A stretch of DNA of 64,000 nucleotides, taken from Psilocybe cubensis. Taxonomy: Eukaryota. The DNA lies in the NCBI GenBank assembly GCA_017499595.2, contig CM039006.1, forward strand, positions 2,294,001-2,358,000. Direction: 5' to 3'. The notes below the pieces were generated by a model. That model did not search any database, had not been told where the DNA came from, and worked only from the letters and a program-made list of their open reading frames with translations. Below are positions 1 to 12,950 of the stretch, one piece after another (the first letter of the stretch is position 1; each line of letters begins with the position of its first letter). Position numbers and translations under genes: made by a program.

Positions 1-2525
1 TTGAGGTTTTTCAACATCATCTTCATCCTACTGATTCCAATGGTCTCCAATTTCTGCCTTTCAAGTCTTAGCTAAAGTTTTTTGTAGAAAACAGGACAGT
101 TTTCTAATTTTTGATAAATATGAATGCAGAAATTGATAAAATTGACAGTGCACTTAAAGCACTTGGCCAGAAGATCTTGGTGGTCCTTGACTCCCGCTTT
201 GGTATACAAGTCGTGGGTGAGATTGACTAACTTAACAAGTTCCTCCATTGGAACTGCTTTGTCCTTTTGAGGTCTTGTGTGCCACAATTTGAGAGGTGCA
301 TATTGTTCTTTTGCAACTTCATTGGCAATCCTCTGACAAGTGTCATGCTTATCCCTACGCCTTGCCGCTTCCTTGGCTTCCTCCTTGTTGTATCCCTGTT
401 TTTGTTTAAGTTCTTGCTGTGCCTGTTTTTTGGGGGACAGTGGCTGAAATACAAGGGACTTTATCTAAATGGTTGATTTTTTATTGATAACATCATATGA
501 TGTTATGCGACTGATAAAAATGTCAAATGACTTTGAGTCTGTCCAGGTGGGGATATGTAGAGCACGGCTATTGCTGTTATTAGGGTTCAGAAGAAGAATA
601 TGGATGTAAATAGAAATAAGAGGAAATTTTAAGGAAAGGTCAGAGACAAGCAGTAAGTGAATATAATATCTTCCTTCTTCATCATTTTCATCAGATTGAA
701 TATAAAGGGGATATATAGGAGACTTGCAAGCTTCAAAAACTAGATGGCTATTAGATTTGTCTAGACTAATGAATTGACCCAGATATTTGAGGGCACTGTT
801 GGGTTAGAGTCTGGCAAGGACAGATCCCAATATAAGTTTGAGTGCACATACTGCAAGGATTGCATAGTCAGTTATTGTTATATGCAGTTATAGTCTAACT
901 TACAATTATGGAGCGGTTGCTTGCAAAAAATTTTCATAGTAATGGCAAAGTCAAGGCTGAGTATATTGCTATCAGGACATGGTTGATCTAGTGCCAGTAA
1001 GTAATCATAGTTGGTTTCCATGAATTTGGCAATAGCAATGTGGAAGGCAAAGATAGCAACAGGTTGACCGGAAGCATCTCCAGGCTGTGCACTAGCCTAA
1101 GACAATGGTGTAACTTATTTGTTATTTATCATAGAGCAAGTTAATTGAGAGTTGTCATCATCCAATAGTTCTGTCAGATTAGACTGTTCTTCTTCAGAAG
1201 AAGGAATGATTCAACCCTTCTCAACACTTCTACAAACTAAAGCTTTAAAGGATTCAAGATTTGACATATTGTTGTCTAGGATTTGATCCCAATCAACCTC
1301 TGGCTGGTGCAAAATTATTTGTCCTATAGCCAAATGTTTCTCGGCTGGGTGATTCTTCAGTTCACCTGCTGTTGCAACTCTTTCAAGTATTGAAAGAAGT
1401 TCTTGGGTGTCTGTGAGCATAGTAGTAAAAATATATGGAAAAACTTATTACTAGATAGGCAAAATGGGGCACAAGTACTGAATGGGAGACAACAAGATGA
1501 GCATAAAAATATGCAAACTGTGGCTATGCTCACAATTGTTCTTTGATCATTTGTTGAGGTGCTATTGAGGACTATCAAACAAATGTAAAGGGTTTGTGAC
1601 AGGGCAGAATTAAACAGGAGTACCGGTTTATTTTTTGTTCTTTACCAAGTATTTAACATTTCAAATCAACGGGATATAAAAAAATGGTTGCATAGGAGTG
1701 CATAGGCTGGCCAGGTAAACAACCAATTTTTTTGCTGAATGATCAAATGTTACATAGCTATTTGCATTTCCTATCTACTTGGTATTCTTATGAGATCAAA
1801 AAACGGTAGACTATAAATCTTCTATACAATGACCAGCTGCCAAAGCAGAAGCAAATTCCGAAGTATTTTTCACCTTCTTTCATATCTTGCAATGGTCTAA
1901 ATATGTGGAAGAGACATAGGGTATCCCACCACAAACAGACTTAAATTTGATTTTTATCTTAGAATTTTTAGGTATATCATTCATGCATTTAAAACAGTGG
2001 TCCATATTACAGGCATATCTCAGGGGAAAACCGGATTTTGATGGGCCATGAATCCTAAAAGAGGGAATAAATAGTGAAAGTTATGCAAGTAAGACAAATC
2101 AATGACTTACAATGAGGCATGGGTAGTCTCAGGTTGTGATTGCGGAGCATTGATACTATGGCAATTGAATGCCACCCTGGTTAAATAAATAATGTAGTAA
2201 AAAAGTAAATATTGAGGTTGAGCATACTGAATGGTGTGGTTCTGCGTAGATGATAGTGCTAGTGCAGTACCTTGACCTGAGATATCTGTGTTGTTTTTAG
2301 ATGTGGTATCTAGTTTACTGTCACACAAAGTACCAATTTTAAGAGCATAAGTTTCGACCAAAGTACACAAAACCCTACTCACAGGTCAAAAATATCCTGG
2401 AATGCAGGTTGTTGATGCATATAAGCAAACAGACAGACTAGTACAGGATTTCCTGTTGCATTCAGAACACGTAACTTTTGAAGATATGGTTCAGCTGCTG
2501 AGAAGGATTGCTTATTATTGGTATC

Positions 2526-4418
2526 CTACAGGCGCCGTGCAGTAGGTGAGGTATTGTATTTCTCAAAATCAAGACATTGCTTAACATGTACATGCCTCAA
2601 AAGGACTGTGCTAGTAGTTTTGTTAACTGTTACGGATCTTTGAGTTATGGGCCATTCTCCTATGGATGGATCGTAAGCCCTAAATGTTTCATATTCAGTG
2701 AACTGGGGGTCTTCAGGAAAGGCTTTGCAAAGGGCAAAAGCCAAGTCTAAGGCTGGTTGAAAACAGAGATGAGTTGCAAGTCTGCTTTGAAGAGTTCAGA
2801 ACATTCATCATCCTATGAAGTTTGAGAATTAATGACATAGGAATTAAAATATGAAAGACATATTGAGAACCACCACAATACCCTGACCTTCTGGTTTTCT
2901 AGATTGCAGAGCTACGCCTTGCTAGGACTATTGCCAATGGGAGATAAGGTAAACATCTTAGGAAAAGATGCAAGTTTCTCTTGATACAGGGGGTTAATCA
3001 TCCTTCCGTACGATTGAGGTGTTAGATTTTGAAAAGCTTGGGATGAGAAAGCTTGAGGAGATACATGCAGTAGACTCTGAGCAGGTGCATGTAATAGTGC
3101 ATTATGTTTGTTGTTTGAGGTGTCAGCTGAGATAGTATGGGCAGAGACAGTCTATCTTGTTTCAGGGGTGCTAGACTGGCGATTAATACAATAGGTTTTA
3201 TAGATTAAAAAGGTATATATTTAATTGCAAATTCCATTAAAACAGGGCCCTTCACAGATAGCCCATTTACCTCAATGTGATAGGGTAGAAAAAAAAAAGG
3301 TAGAATAAAATAGTGCACCAGGTGCTAGAGGCACTGAAACATTGACATTGGAGGGGTGTTCAGAATGGAATACCCACTGGAAAAATTTGCATTTGCCTTG
3401 AGTATGGATGTGGGTATATCAATCTGGATACATCTGGAAGTAGTAACCTAGGTTTTTGGTTTTACCTCCTGTGCATTTGATAGGATGGGAGATAGGTTGA
3501 GCATGGCAGCAAGGACAAGTTGCACTACTAGGCAAAGCAATCGCAAAATCCTTTACAGATGCTAGTAACTTGGGAGTGTTGGAAGTATCAAAGAGGTGGA
3601 AGGTTTCCATGTTGAGATTGTGGTTAAAGGAAGAAAAACAAAATAAAGCAATTTTTATATATATATTTATTCTTGTTGACATTGTTGTGGTAAGAATTAC
3701 TTGCATAGATCCACTACTGGAGTGATGATAGTAATATTTCCGCATTGTTTAGAAAGTATATTTAAAATGGAAATTGATTTGTAGTTGGTTTTAACAAAAT
3801 GTTGCCATGGTTGTTGAATATCATCAACCTTGTATTCAGGTTAGAGTATTGATGCAGGAACGTAAGAAACTCGCAATAACCAATTGGTTCAACAGCAGGT
3901 GCAGCTCTAGGTGTTGCCTTAAGAATGCAATATGTGAACAAAATGAAGTCTCATAGTTGAGCGGCGTATATGGAGTAAATGGACATATCTGGTGCAACAA
4001 TACCGTATTCATACTTGTCAGAGAATTGGAAGAGTACTGCAAATCCATGGATAGGAAAATTGATGAATACAGGCCAACCAAAGAAGTCATATGAATATAT
4101 TGGCACACTCAAAGCAGCATTGCTAAGTCCATCACTGGCTGATACTATCACAAATCTAAATTTAGTAAATGGGAATTTGTAAAAAATCAAGTGTAATATA
4201 TATTGGCTAGTGCCCGTTGCTTCAACAAAGTTGTCCACTGTTGCCTGTGCAGGAATGGGTGCTAGTACAGCTAGATTTATATTACTTGTAGTGTTTGGAG
4301 CTAGAAAACTGTCCAATGTGCCACTTTCTGTAGTAGCAATAGTTAAAAAACTGTCATTGCTTGCTATAGTGGTGTCTTGATCTAGTGTATCTGAACTTGC
4401 AATGTACATGCTGTTCAT
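2526..4418 (-). pseudogene. Degraded ORF remnants 3' of the Gypsy chromodomain, including a GRF-type zinc-finger-like segment (~3375-3530)
   Basis: Minus-strand CPCC...KCTGGKTKNLGYYFQM.PD*...GKCKFFQW resembles the zf-GRF pattern (C..C/N.GR.F..C/C.FF.W). Other broken ORFs lie at 3951-4418 and 2526-2744; many stops. Confidence 0.35.
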
Positions 4419-4624
4419 TTGCTACTTGACCAGGATGATGCTTGGATAAATAGGAATAGGGAAAGTATCAATTAACATGCAAAGCGAGTGTGGATAATAT
4501 AGAAGTGTGCATTAGTGCTCTCTTTTGTCTTTATTTTTCTGTTTATATATGTCTAGTTCAGATTGAATTTTAAATTGAGCAATATCTACAAGTATCAAAA
4601 AAATACCTGAAACTTTCTGCTCAC

Positions 4625-5771
4625 TGTTCTTGGCAAGGTCATTGATAGTTCTAACACCTTTTACTTCTAGGTATTCTTTATACTGGTGTAGGTGTTGAAT
4701 TTGGTTGTATAGTACCCATGTTTTATCTCCAGTTTTCCACTAAACTTCCAATAACATTATTCCATCAGTATTTTTTCTGTAGTTTGTAATCTTATTCACT
4801 ATCCACTTGCCCTTCAGATCTTCAACTATAAAGATTTGATTGTTTGCTCTCCTAGAAAAAAATCTATTATCATTAGATATATGAATTCTAAGCAAAAAAG
4901 CATGAAAAACATTATTTACATCTTGTTTACACAACTTACTAGATATATCCACATAATATGAGTTATTTTTGAAGTCTTCCAGTATTTTATATGGCCTAAT
5001 AAACCTAGGAGCCAGTTTACAAGATAAACCTTTAGGCAAATCAATGTTCATTGTAGAAATATATACCAAGTCTCCAAAGGCAAAAGGTGCTCAAATACGC
5101 TTCTAATTTGCATTACGGACCAACTTAACCCTTGAAGCAATCAAGACATCATGTGCTCATAAAATAGCTGACTTTATATGCCTAGCAAATGCTCATACTT
5201 CTAGGTACTTCACAGATTTACTTGAATCCCAAATAAATGACTGAGACACTTTCCCATAGTTTAAGAAAAATAGAGTGTAACCAGTACTCTCAGAACTGGC
5301 AGAATTTATTGCAAATTCAATAGCTGGCAACTTAATTACCCAATCTTTTTGATTTGGGAAGATACAGTACCAAAACATCTGTCCTATTGGTTTGTTTGCC
5401 TGCTCTGTTAAACCATCTGTTTGAGGATGATACACGCTTGACATCCGTAGCTTAGTACCAATTAAACAATGCAGTTCATCCTAAAAATGACTAGTAAACC
5501 ATTTGTCTCTGTCACTAATTATTATACTAGGTAGACTATGCAGTTTATAGGCCTCAGAAAATACAAGCTCTGCAATATCCTTAGCAGTATAATTTTCCCG
5601 GCTAGAAATCAAATAAGCCATGCCTATAAACAAATCAATGATTATAACAATCAAGTTATAGGATCCATTGTGGTCTTCAGATATAGGCAAAGAACCCACA
5701 AAATTAATCCTAATAATGTCCTATGGTCATCTGTTAATCTCTAGTGGGTTAATCAATCCATATGGTTGCTT
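4625..5771 (-). pseudogene. Gypsy integrase core / GPY-F / chromodomain remnant
   Basis: ORF fragments 5481-5699, 5193-5444 and 4740-5069 with rve and GPY/F motifs; LEV*WKTGDKTWVLY downstream. Confidence 0.85.
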
Positions 5772-5776
5772 ATGAC

Positions 5777-6018
5777 TGTTAGACCATTACCATAGACACG
5801 TGACACCATTAGTACATATAGCTCATTCCCTTCTATTCCTCCTTTCCCTCAGTCGTTCATTCATAATGTCCACTGAGGTAAAGTTCTCGTCTCCCTATTT
5901 CCATGATACCTAGATATTGATTACCATCTTATCTAGTGCAGTCTCACTGTCTAGGTAGATTCAACAGTCGTTCATTCACAATGTCTACTGAGTGCAGTCT
6001 CACTGTCTAGGTCTGATA
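5777..6018 (+). repeat. Copia 5' LTR (TGTTAG...CTGATA)
   Basis: Direct repeat of 11951-12192; 4 differences seen, all C/T. Confidence 0.95.
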
Positions 6019-6030
6019 GGTTATGGGCCC
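6019..6030 (+). promoter_or_regulatory. Primer-binding site GGTTATGGGCCC (internal tRNA-iMet fragment type)
   Basis: Immediately follows the 5' LTR; same type as the Drosophila copia / Ty5 half-tRNA-iMet PBS. Confidence 0.85.
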
Positions 6031-6097
6031 CGCCTAAGGTGGAATTCTTCGGATTTTTCAAGACAGTGTCTCGCCCAGTGGGAATTACTCGCCACGG

Positions 6098-9000
6098 ATG
6101 TCAGGAAATCCAATGGACCTCACTGAGCCGGTCAACGCTCAGATATATGCGCCTTTTGATATTGTTAATTCTGATTCTTTACCTTCGTTGCATTCAAATT
6201 TTTCTCGCATTACGCGTTCTTCCAATTGCGATTCGCTTCTTCAGTATTATAGATTACCTTTCCATTCCCCTTTTCGGATGAACCCAGGCCATCTTGGTCT
6301 GGGACTTAGTTCTTTGCTCCATGTACCGCTTACGGAGACGGCAAGAACCCCATCTTTTCACAACCACTCTGGGTCTGGTGTAAATTTTGCCAACCGCCCA
6401 ACACCACCACACATGACTCGTTGTCCTGGTGTTCCTATCATCACGCACCGCTCACCTACGCATTCACCGACTCCACAACCACGTCGTCTACCATCTCCTG
6501 CCTTGACCCACCTTTCTGCAATCACACCAGGTGCCGCTGCCCAACAGGCATCTGCAAGTCCAGTTCCACGAGCTCCACCGCCTCCTTCCCCGCCTCGTCC
6601 AGGAGGTACTGTCGGATCTGATGACTCGTCTTTGTCGTATGATTCTTCTCACCATTCCTCTCATTTATCTTCTTCTTCTCACGAGGCTACTACTGGCTCT
6701 GATTGGTCCATTATCTCCCCGCCCTCCGCTGCAACCGGTAGTTCATCTACGCGGGTATCGCATGGCCATTGTTCCACAAGATCTTCCACGGGTTCTTCTG
6801 CCCTATTCTCTTCGAATTATATGTTCTTAAGTCAAGTTGACAATTCACGTTCTTTAAATTCTCATAGACAGTCTTCTTCACATTCCATTCCTCCACCTCG
6901 TACTCCAGATGACCATTCATACTCTTTTGCTCAAGGTTCCCAGAACCATCCTTCTTATAATGCACTTTCTTCTCCTTTTTCCTTACTTTCTGTCCCATCT
7001 CGGGATAAGGTGCATACATCTGCAGTGAAACCCTCGGTGCGTCACCCATTTGCCTCTACCCAGCGACACCATACTCCGGCGGCTTTTCGAGTACATCCCC
7101 CTCAGACTCATATTGGTCATCATGCTGTTTTCCCGGATGGATATGCAATGCCACAACCTCCCATTCACCATACGACCGCACCACCGACCCTTCCCATGGC
7201 GGCACCACAGCAACAACATGCCCTACCGCCATCTACCAAAGAGATTCCCGTGCTCACCGGCCGCGAGAACTGGACTACCTGGAACAATGGCGTTACCCTA
7301 CTCATCACCTCCCTAGGATTGTATGGCCACATCGCGGAGGACTGGCAGATTCCTACCCACATTATCCCTGACCCTCTGTTGATGCCATCCCATCCACCTA
7401 TTCTCATGCCAGGCTACTCGCCTAACGATCTGGCGGCTTACACCTGTTGGTGGTCCCAGGATAACCAAGTCCTTTGGGTTCTTACATCGCGTCTCTTATC
7501 GGCCGTACTGGGTAGCATACCCACAGCCCTACCGTTCGCGGGACAACGGCATTCTTCCCGTGAGATCTACGCACACCTTTGGCAATTGTATAGCGTCGGC
7601 GATTACTACTCTGCGATGCTGGTGGAACAGAAACTACGTGCACTGCGCGTCCGCTCAGGTCCAGGTTCCGGGGGTGTGACACTTGCCGATTACATCGCAA
7701 CATGGCGTTTGGGTTACCTTCAGCTCTTCGAAGCGGGTTACCCGTTACCTCATCGTCAGGTCCTCCAACTCCTCGTCTGCGGATTGCCATCCAACTCGCT
7801 CGCATTTACGCAGGTTAAGACTTCTGTTTTTCTCCAGCTTCGCAACTCCGATGACAACACGCTACCATCGTTCGATGAGATCCTTGACATGATTCATGTG
7901 GTAGGGGATTCCCAGGCTATGACTTCTACCCTTTCTCGTATGCCCAAAACTCCACATGCACCTAACCCTTCGCGCCGCCCAACCATATCTTCTGCGATAC
8001 CGAATACACACCCTACTACTGCGACTACTGTTCGACCGACTTGTTCAACCTGCCATGGTAGCCACCCGACCGAAAACTGCTTCCAACCTGGGGGTGCAAT
8101 GGAAGGACGGAAAGACGAAGTCTTGGCTAACCGGCGTGCTCAAATCCCTGCACAGGCTCACCTCGCGGATACTGTAGATGCGGTGCTGGATGATGGAATC
8201 GTAGATTCGTTTAAAGAAGCCATTGAGTCACCTGTAGTACAACCGTTTGGGGCCCTTTTGGTAGCTAGGCCTTCCTCTGCGCAATCCATTGAATTTTCCT
8301 CCTACTTTCCATCCGAATCCCCTGAGTGTGCATTTGTTGCCCCGCTAGACTGGGTCCTTCTTGCTCCTACAATCACTCAGTTCAACTCCGCGTTAGACTC
8401 CGGATGCACGGTCCACCTCATCAAGGACCATAATCTTTTCTGGACATACAACGAGCAGGAACGAGCCGTCGTGGGCACTGCAAATTGCGGTCAGATGGAG
8501 ACATGCGCACGGGGTGATGTGAAAGTGAGGATCACGGCTATGGGAATTGATGGTTCATCCATTAACATCAACTGGACTCTTCGCGATTGTCTACACACAC
8601 CAGACGTCCCCTTCAACCTGCTGTCGGTCGGCCAGATGGCGGAAGCGGGTATAGCGTGCAGATTTGAACCGGGTCTGGGGAAACCATACACCAAAGTATG
8701 CTTCTCTGAGGAAGCCAATCATCCAGCCTCACTATCTGGCAAATTTTTCAACGCCACTATTAAACATCGCATATCATTCCTTTCTCTTACTTTCTTACCA
8801 CCAATACTTCTTTCCTCACCTCCCATGTTCGCTTGCCCTGCGCTCCCTATTGTCAAACCAACTCCTACACTGTGGCATCGTTGTCTTGAACACCCCGGCC
8901 AGGATACAACGCGGATTGTGCTACAAAATCACCTGTCAAAGGGTATTGACTGGTCTGGTGATTCAGCATTGCGTTATTGCGTGCCGTGTATACTAGGCAA

Positions 9001-11806
9001 GATGCCACAGACTCCATATGTCTCCAATCACAAACGTGCCGCGAATCCGTGCGACCTGGTACATATGGATACATGCGGACCTTTCCCTATCCTGGCCACA
9101 TCTAAAGCCAAGTACTACGTCGCCATATTGGATGATTGCACTAACATGGGCGATGTTGGCCTCATGTCTGCAAAGAACAATGCTACATCCATATGGAAAC
9201 GTACCACGGCTTGTTGGGAAACGGTATCCAATCGTAAAGTCAAAGCAATACGCATGGATGGCGCTGCAGAGTTTGTCGCAGGTGCCTTCCGGAACCTTTT
9301 GGAGGAACGGGGTATTCTCATACAACAGACAGCACCTTATGCGCACCAGCAAAACGGCAAGATAGAACAATATATCCGTACAATTTCTGACACTGCCGCT
9401 GCCTTGATGGCCGATGCGGGATTACCCTCCTCGTTCTGGGGTTGGGCTGTGCTGGCTGCTGTGTACCTTCAAAACCGCATTCCAACAAAGACACTACCTG
9501 CTACCACCTCTCCCTACGAACGCATGTATAAGACAAAACCTGACTTGACAATCCTGCGTGTATGGGGGTGTCGGTGTTTTGCATACCAGCCAGAGGAACT
9601 CCGTGGTAAAGGTTCTCTAATGTGTTATGAAGGTATCTTTGTCGGATATGAGAAAAACCGGATTGGTTGGAATGTAATGGACTTATAGGGTAAAGTCCGC
9701 TTCACGCGTGATGTTATTTTTGTCGAGGATGAACATGGCCACCTCCTGTCACCCAAACAACAGAAACCAGACCACACCACTACCAACCACCCACTGCCTC
9801 CCCCGACAAGGGTACTCCGATCTGCTGCCTACCAAAACGTTCCACAACATGCCTCCCTTCTCGCGGAACACGACGACTCTCTAAAACCTCTTTCATACCT
9901 TTCACAAGTCACTTCCCTTGTACATAATACCTTTCATCCTTTTATCCACCCACTTCAAACTTTCGATTCTCTTTCTTGCTTCGCAGACGTTAACGCCCTT
10001 GATAGCTTTGTAGATAGATGCAAAACGGACAATGTAGTACAGCACATTTTTTCACTTTCCGATTTTCAGCCTGATGACACTTCCCATTTCTTACATTCTT
10101 CTTATTATTCCAACTCGCGCTTCCCTTATCGTTTCTGAATCGCTGATTATGATCCTGACAAACCCCCCGAATCATACCAGGAAGCCATCGCTCGACCTGA
10201 TAAAGCAATTTGGATTGCGGCAATGCAGCGGGAATACGACAGCTTGCAAAAACGTGGTGCCTTCAAACGGACAACGCCAATTCCACAAGGCTACAAAGCA
10301 ATTGGCATGGTCTGGCGATTCTCCTTCAAATATCATCCAGACGGCAGCATACGTCAAGGCAAAGAAAAGGCCTATTTAGTCGCCCAGGGTTTCCACCAGC
10401 AATACGGCATTGATTTCGTCGATACATATGCACCTGTTTGCAAACTGTCTAGTGTCAAGTCAATCCTCGCTCATGCCTCCTACAACGACCTTGAAATCAT
10501 GAGTTTCAATGTCAAAACGGCATTTCTTCACGCGAAGCTGACAAACTCGATATATGTTAAGCAAGTACCGGGATTCCCTGAAGCAGACCCAACCACAGTC
10601 CTGCGCCTTATGGTGGCACTCTACGGCCTGCGTCAATCGGCCCATGAATTCTATCAATTCTTCATGAAGCTGCTGGTGCGTATCGGCTTGATGCGTTGTG
10701 AAGTTGACCATTCTGTCTTTGTCGGATATTGGGCAACACCATCCCACTCGTCAATTCCCCCGCTACCAGACAAATCCCGACTATACCTGATAGTCCCGAT
10801 CCATGTCGATGATGGGCTCGTGGTTATGAACTCCATTCCACTGTACCACTGGTTAATTTAACAATTGATACCTGACCTCGAGGTGATTGACATGGGCCCG
10901 GTCTTCATGTATCTGGGTTGTCGTATAACACGGGATAGGGCAAGAAAGAAACTCTGGATCTCCCAAAAGCCTCTGATTTATGACCTACTGTCGACGTGGG
11001 ATATGCTGGAATGCGCACCCGCAAAAGTCCCCATGTATTCCCCACTGCATAAACTCCCACCTGTCCCATCCAACTCAATGCCCTCTATAGCTGACGCGGA
11101 TATCAAAATCAATTTCCAACGTATTGTGGGCAGTCTCATCTACATCGCCATTTCAACCCGCCCAGATATCTCATACGCGGCTATGGCACTTGGACAGCAT
11201 AATGCCAACCCCACGCGGGCCCATCTGCTTGCCGCTAAAGGTGTATTACGCTACCTCACCAGTACTATGGATTACGGTCTGGAATACGCAGTGGATACAT
11301 CGAAGGTGTCGGCACCTACCACCCCATTTCTTAATGGATGTGTGCTGACCGATGCTGACTGGGCTTCAGACGAGACCAACCGTAAGAGTATTTCGGGATA
11401 CTGTTTCTTCTACCTGGGTTGCCTTATTTCATGGTCAGCCTCGAAACAGAGGATTGTTGCATTGTTGTCGACTGAAGCGGAATATTATTCCATGTCTCAT
11501 GCACTGCGAGAAGCTATATGGCTGCGGCTTTTCTTGACATTGCTCTCTTTACCCATCCCGACCCCATTTCCCATGCTAGGAGACAACCAAAGCACCCTAT
11601 GTCTCGCCAATAACGATGCAATATCTTCACGCTCAAAACATATCGATGTGCGCTACCACATAATACGCAAGAAAATAGCCGATGGATCGTTCGAAACACA
11701 TTGGATACCCACCGCAGACATAACAGCCGACATATTCACAAAGCCTCTCCCGTATGCCATTTTTTCCAAACATTGCGATGCATTAGGAATCGTGAAAATC
11801 CCTTGA
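6098..11806 (+). pseudogene. Copia gag-pol polyprotein, one reading frame broken by three premature stops (9686 TAG, 10136 TGA, 10859 TAA)
   Basis: ORFs 6098, 10223 and 10865 are in the same frame. Motifs: CSTCHGSHPTENC knuckle, LDSGCTVH protease, LWHRCLEHP..C..C and DTCGP/DGAAEF/QQNGKIE integrase, IHVDD RT, TDADWA/AEY/KHIDVRYH RNase H. Confidence 0.93.
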
Positions 11807-11940
11807 TTCTCGACGCTTGTGTTACCCCTTCCATTCCATTCTTTCCCGTTGTTTTTTTTTTTTTTTCTTTTTCTTTTCTCTTAGCCTTTTTCTCTTTCCT
11901 CTCTATCTCTCTCCTTCCATGCACTCGTCACCCTCATACA

Positions 11941-11950
11941 TGTGGGGGTG
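11941..11950 (+). promoter_or_regulatory. Polypurine-tract-like sequence before the 3' LTR
   Basis: TGTGGGGGTG directly abuts the 3' LTR. Confidence 0.6.
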
Positions 11951-12192
11951 TGTTAGACCATTACCATAGACACGTGACACCATTAGTACATATAGCTCAT
12001 TCCCTTCTATTCCTCCTTTCCCTCAGTCGTTCATTCACAATGTCCACTGAGGTAAAGTTCTCGTCTCCCTATTCCCATGATACCTAGATATTGATTACCA
12101 TCTTATCTAGTGCAGTCTCACTGTCTAGGTAGATTCAACAGTCGTTCATTCACAATGTCCACTGAGTGTAGTCTCACTGTCTAGGTCTGATA
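11951..12192 (+). repeat. Copia 3' LTR
   Basis: Direct repeat of 5777-6018, followed by TSD ATGAC. Confidence 0.95.
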
Positions 12193-12197
12193 ATGAC

Positions 12198-12948
12198 CAT
12201 CCTTATTGTGCAAGTACAAAGAACAGGAACAACAATAGAACTTCACATCCTTTGCCAATGATTTCTACCATACAAAATCATGCAAATAAGTATAGGTTTT
12301 ACAGGCACTTAAATGTGCCAACAGAGTATGTTCTTCCACAATGACAATTTTTTGTATGGCACATCCATCAGAAGTCTTAATATTAGGTATATATAATAGC
12401 TTTGCATCATTGTTAATGAAATATAACAATTCAGACTCTGTATCAAACTCAAAGCTCTTGAATTTTTGTGGTTTGTCAACAATGGATTTAAAGATAGGAT
12501 CCTTAGTATATTTCTTTTTCATACTATTTACAATACTAATCTCATTCACATTATCAAATACATTCAATGAATTATAACTAGTCATAAGAAATACAGACAG
12601 TACAATATTGTCTGGAGTTTTTTCAAGACTAGGCTAAACCTGTATGCCTATATCCTGACAAATTGCCAAACCATAAGCATTGGAACATCTTGAAGGTAGT
12701 CAAATTACTAACCTCTTGTTGTTAGAAGATAATGTGCCCTCCTGAGGTTCCTTAGGGCTCTTAACCTTTACCAATCCTTGCATTTGTGCTGCAAACTTGT
12801 CCAAGGTTTTAGGCTATCCAGTTTTGGCCCCTTCACGATTTTGTATTTGTTTTGATTACCATCCTACAAAATTTGGATTAAGCGCTGAGCATTCAGCTTC
12901 TAAACCAACCAAAACAAAGTATGTTATTGTACTCAATATGACTGCCAT
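12198..12948 (-). pseudogene. Gypsy integrase N-terminal (H2C2 zinc-binding) region remnant
   Basis: EEHTLLAHLSACKTYTYLHDFVW..YCCSCSLYLHNK continues across the Copia TSD into KQPYGLINPL. Confidence 0.8.
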
Positions 12949-12950
12949 TA

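Larger units (their letters stand above)
5777..12192 (+). mobile_element. Full-length Ty1/Copia LTR retrotransposon (half-tRNA-primed type)
   Basis: Two 242-bp LTRs, 5-bp TSD ATGAC (5772-5776 and 12193-12197), PBS and PPT, gag-PR-IN-RT-RNaseH domain order. Confidence 0.97.

Noticed and set aside
1..2400. Protein-coding genes in the first 2.4 kb
   Set aside because: Only short stop-riddled fragments; probably decayed TE-associated sequence that I cannot identify.
9686..10861. Programmed stop read-through in Copia pol
   Set aside because: Three different stops lie inside pol, each one C->T from a sense codon; mutational decay is simpler.
6254..11924. Many antisense / alternate-frame ORFs over Copia (likewise over Tc1, transposase and Spt5)
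   Set aside because: Shadows of the main reading frames with no recognisable motifs.
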